64,000 nucleotides of DNA from assembly GCA_023213395.1 (NCBI GenBank), contig CM041465.1:74531741-74595740 (forward strand), given 5' to 3'. The position numbers and the translations under genes are program-made. This stretch comes from Cycas panzhihuaensis. Its lineage: Eukaryota; Plantae; Cycadophyta. Positions 54,301 to 64,000 of this stretch are shown piece by piece. The notes below the pieces were generated by a model. That model saw only the letters and a program-made list of their open reading frames with translations. It was not told the origin of the DNA and ran no database searches. Each line of letters begins with the position of its first letter. Within the stretch, counting starts at the first letter, position 1.

Positions 54301-56513
54301 ATAAGTCTATATTCTAGTTAAGAAAAGGGTAAAGTTGGATGAAAATTGCATCATGGTAGGATACAACAATAAGTCAAAAGGTTATAAGTGCATTGATACT
54401 AGAACAAATAAATTACATCGTAATAGGGATGTAACCTTCGATGAATTAATTTTAGAGACAAATCATGAGAAAACTAATAAGAAAATTCCTATTCTTGAAG
54501 AATGTCCAAATTAAGAAGAAGTTCTTCAACAACCAGCAACAAAAACAACTAAAGCATCTCCTCTAAGAGATAATAATCAAAGGCACATAAACTCATATTA
54601 AAAAATTGATGCCAAAATGGTATCTGAAAACTCTTGAAGGATCAAAAGGATAAATTTTTGAATAGCAAACTAGGTTGTGAGAGCACCAAGCTCTAATATA
54701 CAATGTGGACCCTAAAGACTATAAGGAAGCTTATGGAAGTTAAGAATAAAAAAAGATAATCAAGTAAGAACTTCATACCATAGAGAAAAATAATACATTG
54801 GAATTAGTGTCTTCACCACCATGAAAACCCATAGTTAGATGCAAATGGGTATTTAGAATCAAAGAAAAACCAAATGGTAGCATTGAAAAATACAAAGATC
54901 ACTTAGTTGCAAGAGGTTACACCCTAACAGAGGGCATCGATTATGAAGAAACAATTGCACTAGTTGTAAAAATGATCACCATAAGGATTGTTATAGCTTT
55001 AGCAACTTAATTTAAATGTGAAACCATTTAGCTAGATGTTAAAAGTGTCTTTCTGAATGGGGACTTGATGAAAGAAGTATACATGGAACAACCTTTAGGT
55101 TAAAAGGGGTAAGAATATCTTGTGTGCAAACTCAAAATGGCTATTTATGGGTTGAAACAAGCACCAAGAGTATGGTATAACAAACTAGATACCCATCTTA
55201 GAGAATATGGATTCCATAAATATGAATTAGATCTAAGATTATATGTAAAAACTATAATAGGATGAATGATGACTATAATTATGGTATATATTGATGATCT
55301 GATAATCAATGGTAATGATAGTGAAACTATCAAATGCATAAAGCAACAAACAGAAGAAAATTTTAAAGTGTCTGACATGGGGCTATTAAATTATTACTTA
55401 GGTATGGAAATCAAAACCAAAAAAGATAGAACTTTAATCTCTCAGCCAAAGTATATTAAAATTTTCTCACAAAGTTTAAAATGGAATATTATAACCCCTA
55501 TTCCACTCCCATGAAATTAGGATGTGATCTTAATTCAAATGATGAAGGTAAAAGAGTAGATGAAACTCTTTACAAATAACTGGTAGGAAGGCTCATTTGC
55601 TTAATGACTATTAGACAATACATCTCATTTGTAGTTGGATTAATATCAAGATCCATGAGTGATCTAAAAGCCTCATACTAGAATACAACTAAGTGCATTC
55701 TAAGATACACCAAGGGTACATTTGACTTTGGGCTAAAATACCCAAGATGCAACTATCCCATACTTACTAGATACTATGACTTAGACTGAGTTAGAGAAAA
55801 GTAAGGAAGAAAATCAACCTTAGCATGTTGCCTTAATCTTAGATTTGCAATAATTTCATGGAGCAAGAAGAAATAACGAATCATTGCTCTATCATCTACA
55901 TAGGTAGAATACAAGATAGCAGTAAGTACCACATTCAAAGTAGTTTAGCTTAAATAACTTATTAAGGATCTCCACCTAAAATAAATTAGGCTAGTAACAA
56001 TTCCTTATGAAAACTAAAGTATTCTCAAATTGATTAAAAATCTACTTTTTCATGCTCAAACAGAGCATACAAAATTTCATCATCACTTCATCCAAGTAAA
56101 GGTGTAAGCTAGGAAAATAAACTTGCAATATTATTGTAGTAAGGAACAAGTTACTAATATTTTTACTAAATCCTTCTGTAAGGAAATTTTCTAATACTTT
56201 AGGAAGATTTTAGGAATTTATATACAAAGATAAAATATTAAGAGGGGGTGTTGAAATTAATGTTTTATGTTATTATTTTATATCAATGTTAAGCTTTAGT
56301 ATTAGCTAGGTGCAGTAGCCTTGTCCTCTTTCTTAACAATTTTTCACCTCTTAGTAGTAGGATTGTGTGGTGTCATGTGCCTCTACCTTATTGAGTCTTT
56401 ATAGCTTATGAATATGTATAAGTATGGATGTTAGTCATCTCTTATGATATAGTGAAGAGCTCCTCTAAAGCATAATATTGTATAAGTAATTTTTTTGTCT
56501 TTAGATTTCTATA
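51358..56513 (+). mobile_element. Degenerate full-length Ty1/copia element E nested antiparallel in element D
   Basis: 265-bp LTRs 51358-51622 and 56249-56513; PBS TGGTATCAGAG at 51623; PPT AAGAGGGGG at 56240-56248; TSD not clean. Confidence 0.92.
52304..56232 (+). pseudogene. gag-pol: copia gag-pol of element E (disrupted)
   Basis: MASIFSLTDFEKL...NYSTWKIKM; WFIDLGAT; ELIHNDLCGP and rve core (ORF 53777..54256); [11 protein letters not shown]; VYIDDL. Confidence 0.92.
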
Positions 56514-59478
56514 AATTTGTGGTTCAATAATACATATTAAACATTGATGTTCCTAATATCAAGTTCTATGTTCAAAGGCATTACCTTTTAATTTTTCAAT
56601 TGTATTTATATATAATTTTGGTAAATTTTTTGTTTAATTGTTACCAATTCTTTCTTCTTATGGGTTGTATTCTATTTTAAAAGGTTCTTGCTCTTCTTTA
56701 GAAGCATCCTTCCCATTTTCTCCTTGGAGCTTACTTTCTTAGGCATCTCCTTCTATAATCTTCTTTAGATACATTTTCATCAAATATTATATCTCTAATG
56801 ACACAAACCCTATTTATTTTTGGGTCTATGCATTTATATACTTTAGATTTATTATTGTAACCAATCATAATGCATTCTATACTTTTGTTATCTATCTTAG
56901 TTTTTCTTTCTTTATCAAGAATATGAGCATAATCTTTACTTTTAATGATTTTAAGATGACTTACATCAAACTTTCTTCCTATATAAGATTCTTTAGGAGT
57001 AACTTTATTGAGAATTAGAATTGGATTCTTATTTATGAGATAAACAATCATTTCAATAACTTTAGCTTAATAAATTTTTATTATGACATTTTCATCTATC
57101 ATGTAATGAGCCATTTCCATTATTATTCTATTCATTCATTCTATTACTCTATTAGACTAAGGTGTATAAGGAGTAGTGATTTGCCTTAGTATTCTATTTA
57201 GTTTACAAAAACGAGGGAGATCATTCAAAATATACTCTCCTTCTCCATCTAATTAGAGAATGTTAATTTTGTATTTACTTGCTAACACTTGAGCTTTGAA
57301 TTCTTTAAGATGATATAATACCTCTAATTTGTTAAAGAAAAAATATACCCAATTTTTTCTAAAAAAATCATTAATAAAGGTAAGAAAGTACCTTGTACCA
57401 TTAACTAAATTTGGTGTGATTATACCACATAAATTTGTATAGACTAAATCTAACTCCTTTTAAGTTTTCCACGTGCTTTCTTGCATAGTACTATTTTGCT
57501 TCATATCACATGTATAGCATCTTCGTACCATGTCTCTATACCTTATGCTATTATAGTACTATTTTGCTTCATATCACATGCATAGCATCTTCCATCTTCA
57601 TTAAAGATAACACAAAGCCTTTTTTTTCTTAGTTGAGATATAGAGAGGAGATTCTTCTTTAATCTTTGAACATACAGCACATCACCAATTTCCTTAACTT
57701 CATCATTAACTAGGATTGTACTTGTTCCTTTTCCTTTTATATGTAAAGGAAAGCCATCACTAAGTTTGATTATTTTATTAATAAGATATGGTTGAAGTGT
57801 TTTGAACTAGTCTCTTCTTCCTAACATATGATTAGATGTTTTATAATATATATACCAATTTTCATAATTACAAGCAAGTATAGCCATCGCTATGACAAAA
57901 GTGATTTCATCTTCATCTTCACTTGTTTGTTTACTATTGTAGTTACCTTTAACTCTTTTCTCTCTCTAAATTTTTTGATGCCTTTAAGGACATTGATTAA
58001 TAATATATCCATCTTGTCTACACTGATAATAAGTTAGTGGATTGTAGAATCTATAGTCATTAGAAAATATCCAAGTCTATCACAATGATAGTTGGGTCTA
58101 GAATCTACTAGTATAGGCTTTACTCATCCTTCTAATGACCTTCTTGTAGTATATCTACCTCTTCCTCTTGGAATGCTTCTGGAATGACCTTTTCCTTCTA
58201 TTCTCAACTTGGAAATGAAGGCTTCTTCAACTTTAGCTTCTTCTTCACATCTTTTAATTCTTTGTTCCTATTATAATGTATGTCTTGGTAAGGTTTCAAA
58301 AGTCATATTGGTAGTATGTCCACAAATGGTAAGAGTATTTACCATATATTCATAGGAATTTGGAAGTTTATTGAGTGCAAGATGAATAATTTCAAAATCA
58401 AATATTGTTTCTCCTACAAAAGCCAAATTATTCTTAACTTCTATTTTTGTAATAAAATTAGAGACATGTTTTCCTTCCTTTAATTGGAGATTATATAATT
58501 ATTCTATAAGAGAAATTATACGAGCTTCATTCTTCTAAATATAAAGAGAAGTAAGAATTTTCTAGGCTTCGACAAATATAGTGTCTTAACTAATATGACT
58601 CAATCTTGAGTCTCCAATAGAAAACATAATGGCAGCATGTGTAATCCTATCCCTTTCCTCCCAACTGATTAAATCTATTATATTAGTTAGTTTTTTTTCT
58701 TTTCCAATGATAGTATTCCATGCATTTTTATCCATCAAGAGACTCCATATTTTTAACTTCTATGTATTATAATTTTACCTAGTGAGTTTATCAAAGTCAC
58801 CAAGAAAGAAAATTGATGCCATTTTTAAGCTTTTGAAGAATAAACTGAAGAGAAATTTTAGAAAAAAGAAAAAAGGGACAATAATGATTGTCCATACAAG
58901 TGTACTATTATATAAAAAAATATAATTATACGTATTTCAAAAAATAACCACCCAAAATGAAGCTTATGATCTATGCTACTCAAATGTTTTTTTTTTTTTT
59001 TTAATTTGACCTCAATAAATCGCCTAAAAGATGTATGAATAATTAGGGTTTGAAAGATAAAAAATATTTATATCTCTTCAAATACTTGACCAAATTTAAT
59101 AAACTCACACTCAAATGAAAGATGATATCTAGAGAAAGATTTTAGGACAAATTTTATCTATTGAGATAAAGTAGAACAACGGAAAAATGAGTTTGAAGTA
59201 CAAAATGGGTGCCCTTGTAAAATCATGATTTCTTATTAAACAAAGAAGCAAAATTTGAGGCCAATTCTTTTGAATAGCAAAAACTCCTTGCTAAGACGGG
59301 TTTATATACCAAATTTCATTCAAATATAAGCAAATGGATTGTTCTTATTCATATAGTTTCATATGGTCTTATACAATAATTAATGCATTAGTTATTATAT
59401 AAAGTCCTCTTTCTCTTCCAAAACTCTGATCTCCTTAAAAAAGTTTCCTAAACCCTTAGCAGACCTACTTTAGTACCA

Positions 59479-59683
59479 TGTTAGAACAATTAGAATAGAA
59501 GAAGAAGCTACCTCAACTCCATTGCATTAATGAGAGAGAAATACTCTCATATAAATAAATACAATATATACAAAAAACCTTATGTACAGAGGATAAGTGT
59601 CAAGACAGAACAAAAGAGGAATTAAACACATAACCCCCAATTTAACTTTAGAAAATAAAAGATAAAATATTACTACTCTAATA
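59479..59683 (-). repeat. 5' LTR of element D
   Basis: Matches 49627-49831; adjacent PBS. Confidence 0.88.
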
Positions 59684-59849
59684 GCATCTTTTTTAGCAAA
59701 GAGAAAAAAGAGTACAACGATTAACCTCATTACATTATTAACCCTAAGTGGGTTGATAAAAAACAACAACTAAACAAACTTCTATACTACTATATACAAT
59801 AATGAAAGAAAGTATAATATTAAAAAAGGAAAAGTTTAAGATGCTAACT

Positions 59850-62800
59850 ATTTAATGGGATAGATAGGATTTCTCCACTGGGACTCTTTAATTTAATGAA
59901 TTATCTCATACTTTCTCAATAATATCCAAGACCAAGCCAAAAGAATCAAATTTATGATATGATACCAGGTTTTCTTTTGCCTTATCCCACATCAAAACTC
60001 AATTATAAAGTTCAAAGTCCTTCTTGGTAGCATGCAATCTATCAAGTACCACTTTACCTTGGCTTAATATTCATGGAATCTACCATCTGAATCCTACTTT
60101 GTCTCCTCCAAAGCTATTAGATCTTACAAACTCTTGGACACTAGTTAAAGGCCCTCTTTTAATCTAGTTAGTAAATTAACAAGAGTAAAATGAGAAGGGA
60201 GAACAACCCTTTTTTCATAGACTAGTAAATAAGAAGAATAGCTAATAGCTTATTTATTGGTTATTTTGTTTACCCATATTACTTGGAAAAACTTTATATG
60301 TCAATCTCTCTGATTTTATTTAACTATTCTCTTAACAATCCTAATCAAATTTTTGTTTATGGACTTTGCCAGTCTATTTCCCTATGGATAATATTTGAGA
60401 AAGTATTTAAAAGTATGCCAAACTGTGATAAAAACTCTCCATATATACAAATATAAATGTTGAATCATTATTTGAGACTAGCTAGGCAAGCACTCTAAAT
60501 GTGGGCATCAAAGTCTACTCTAAGAAATTAATTACCACTTTTATGATAACCCCTTTAGAAGTAGAAGCCTTAGACCACCTTATGAAATAATTTGTTGTAG
60601 TGAGAATGAAAGTGTGGCCTTTCTTGAAGGGTGGATTTATTGGCCTAATAAAGTCTAAAACCTAATTTTTGAAGGGTTGGTTTGCATACATAAGTTTTAA
60701 TGTTAGGGCAACAAGCCTTTGTTTTCTTATAAACCTCTAGTAAGTAACATAATTCCTAGATATTTTTAATGCATCCTTTAAAATAATAGGTTAAAAATAA
60801 CCTACTCTTATAATTTTATAAGAGGTAGCCTTAGTAGCCAAATGGCCTCCACATAGGCCTTTATGAAATTCGTCAACTACCTTCATTGCTTCTTACTTCT
60901 TCAAGCATTTAAGCAAGATGCCATCATATCCCTTCCTATATAATTATTTATCTATTAGAACATAAGTCATAGGTCTCAACTTTAAAAGCATTTGCCTATT
61001 TTGTCCAATAAGATAGAACCCATTTTCAAGATAGAAAATTACATTCTAAGAAAAGAAATCAAATTCATCAAAATGATCAACCTTAACTCCTTGAGCTAGA
61101 GTTAAGTTTACCTCCATGATGCCTTCATCTTATTTTTCTCTAATCTATAGAAGTTCATATATTTGCCTTTTTTAAATTAATCAATACAATCCTTGTCCTT
61201 TAACTAGCTTTGTTGGCTTGACCTCCAAGTCGAACTCTTAAATTTGGGCCATCCATTTGGCCCATCTACCCATTAGTTCTGTTTGGTTTAGCATTACTTT
61301 AATAAGGAATTGAGTTACATAGTTATCATATGATTGTGAATAATATAAGGCTTAAAGTCTTTAATAATCTTTACCAAACCATATGCCTACTTTTCTATGG
61401 AACTATATTTCAATTGATAATCCTTTAATGACCTACTCATAAAATAGACTAGTCTTTCTCTACCTTCATGATCTTTCTAAATGAACATGGCAGCATATGC
61501 ACCTTCAAATGTGTATGAATAAATAATGAAATTTTCTCAAAAATTGGACTTACTAGTGTTGGAACTTCAAAAATACAATGCTTACTCTAATGAAATATTG
61601 CTTTGGCTTCACTGGTCTATTTAAATTTCACTTTTATCTCAACAGGGCATTAATAAGTAAAGTGATTCTTGTAAAGTCAAGGATAAACCTCTTTAAATTT
61701 TTATCTTTATAAAGAAAGATTGCACTCCTTTCTTATTAGTAGGTAGGGGAATTTCTTCAATAGCCTTTACTATATTTGAATTGATGTAAGTCCCATCCTT
61801 GGTTATAATATATCCAATTAACTTACCAGTAGTTACTCCAAATATAATTTTTATTTGGATTGAGTGATATTCCAAACTATCTATACCCTTAAAATACTGA
61901 CCTCATATGCTTAATATGATGTGCCCTACTTTTACATAACATAATCATGTTATCAAGATAAATAAATATTATTGATCCTACCAACCCTTTAAAGGCATGA
62001 TCCATAGCCCTTTAAAAGGTATCACCTACATTCATTAGCCCAAAAGGCATCTTCTTGTAAGAAAAGGTCCCCTAGACTATAGTAAATGTTATTTTTTACC
62101 TCTCATCCTTTGCTACAACAATATTGTTGTAGCCTGAAAATCCATCTAATAGAAACATAAACTCTAAACTAGTAATAGTCTATAGGACTTTCTCCATCCT
62201 TGAAAATAAGTTATTGTCCTTGACAGAACATCCATTTAGATTTATGAAATATACACATCATCAGATGTCCCTATTTTTCTTCCTCATGAGTTCCAAGTTG
62301 GCTGCTCAAGTTGAAAATTTAATTGGGAAGATAATCTCTACATCTCTAAGATTTTGAAGCTCATTCTAGATCAACTTTTTTTATCTTACAGTTGATAACC
62401 CTCTGCTTTTGTCTGAAGGGCTTTACTTCAGATTTAAGTGGAATGGTGTGCTACATCACTTCACAATTGAAGCTCTTTAAATCTTCATATGTCCAAGAAA
62501 AGATATCTTTATATTCAATACAAAGTTCAAACAACTTTTACCTCTTTTCTTCTATACATTTTAAACCAATGTAAATAACCTTAGGATCCTCACGAGTATT
62601 CAAGTTAACTAGAATATTTTTTAGCACAATCCTATTTGAAGTTTCTTCTTAAGGTATCCCATTATTTATTGCATGATTAAATTCAAAGAGTGGCTCTAAA
62701 TAAATCATCCATTTAGGAATTTTATCAATTTAAATAGATCAAATCATCAGTAGAAACCAAAAAAATTGTTGAACTTCTCCATTGGTTGTTATTGTATTAA

Positions 62801-64000
62801 AAAAATCTCCCTATCTTTGCAAGGATACAATTTGCTCATCATCTTAAAAGATTTTCAAATGATTAATATTATAAGGTATGGAGGCTCTTACAATGATCTT
62901 AACAAATTCTTATTTACTAGGAGGATTATGAGTGACATCAAGCAAGAAGGAAGCATGTACAAGAGAATCAACTAGTTGATTTCTATCTCTGGAAATAGAC
63001 TCCATCGCAATTGCCTCAAGCTACTCTAGGATACCTCAAACTTTTTATCTATAGGCTTTCAATTGATTACATTAGTGGAACACATGTTCTTTATCTAATT
63101 TATACCCAATTCAGAGTCCCCCTAAATTTTTAACAATTTGATTTGCAAATGTACTACCTTGAGAAGTCCCAAAATTAGGGCTTCATACTCTATAATATTG
63201 TTTATAATTTCATTCATCAATTTAAGGGAAAAAGAAAAGAGCTTTCCATCTAGAGATTATGTTACAACACCTACTCCTACTCCCATATTTTATTTGTCCC
63301 CATCAAAGAATATTTCCTAAATGGAATCTTGCCTTATCAAATCTGTGTAATGCTTCTCTTCTTTCATAATAGGTAAACCATTAATTTATTATAAGACTAT
63401 ATGAGTTTCAAGACCACTTGGATCAAAGTTAAAACCAAAATATAGGCCAACTCTATTATCCACATGATTCATCTATATTTCTTTACCTAATAAGGTAATG
63501 AGACTTTTACCCAATGGAAACATAATATTACCCATCCTCATATTAGGAATAGATGTTATATTGTAAATACATTTCCTACCAAGTAATATGTCATATATGG
63601 GTGGCATATCAACTACCATCACAGTAATCAATGTAGAAATTCTAGGGAAAATTGTGAGAGGCATAACTAGATCTTAAATCTCATCAATTGTGGCCATAAT
63701 TTTGGAATCTAAAGTTGTAACCTACTAAATGGGTTTCATTCCTTCAAGGCCTAAGGCCTTCATTACAATGTAGGGAATCATATTATATGAGGTTCATGTA
63801 CCCACAATGATACTATAAAGGATGAAATTATCATAAATATTCAAAGAGATATAAAATGGAGTATCTTTGTATTTAAGCAATAAAACATCAACAAAAACTA
63901 CTATGTCATGAATCTAAGTATTTAAATAAGAGGCTTTTGTTCTTGAAGCACCTTAATTAATCTAGTTCTCTATTCTATAAACTTCAAAGCTTGGAAGAGT
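59850..64000 (-). mobile_element. pol: Ty3/gypsy Tat-clade pol with order PR-aRH-RT-RH-INT (TatII-type); runs off the right edge
   Basis: PR (VVDMPPIYDILLGR, about 63470-63830); aRH (IFFDG...GVGV...NNIIEYEALILGL...GDSEL, about 62960-63320); RT (LDGFSGYN, MPFGLMNVG); RH (EFDLEVKP...KGQGL); INT (HKGLCGGH, LDFIRPINP). Confidence 0.85.

Larger units (their letters stand above)
49627..59683 (-). mobile_element. Degenerate Ty1/copia element D (host of element E)
   Basis: 205-bp LTRs 49627-49831 and 59479-59683; decayed PBS at 59467-59478; PPT at 49832-49840; flanks ACATT/GCATC; gag ATG at 58822, integrase about 56730-57470, RT/RH about 49870-51350. Confidence 0.88.

Noticed and set aside
49675-59769. 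Similar small ORFs 49675..49869 and 59527..59769 as a duplicated gene
   Set aside because: They are translations of the two LTRs of element D

Overview
AT-rich, heavily deaminated (CpG-depleted) intergenic DNA from a large plant genome, probably a gymnosperm (inferred from a TatII-type PR-aRH-RT-RH-INT element). I found no intact host gene, RNA gene or CRISPR array. The window is a nested graveyard of LTR retrotransposons: four two-LTR Ty1/copia elements (779-13229, 35620-43309, 49627-59683 and 51358-56513 nested inside it), an 18.4-kb gag+protease-only Ogre/Tat-like element (13896-32304), a solo LTR, an orphan 3' LTR, a truncated chromovirus and a TatII pol. Four observations stand out: (1) a chimeric copia (Tork-like 5' half, unrelated RT/RH and 3' LTR) flanked by a 2.1-kb direct duplication; (2) a co-varying CATTA...TAATG inverted repeat enclosing the PPT and 3' LTR start at six LTR junctions; (3) a decayed unassigned reading frame with weak resemblance to DNA amino-methyltransferases; (4) a 5.4-kb TSD-bounded insert with scrambled composition that is probably a consensus artefact. 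Alignments and translations were done by eye, so boundaries not anchored by a TSD, PBS or PPT are approximate.
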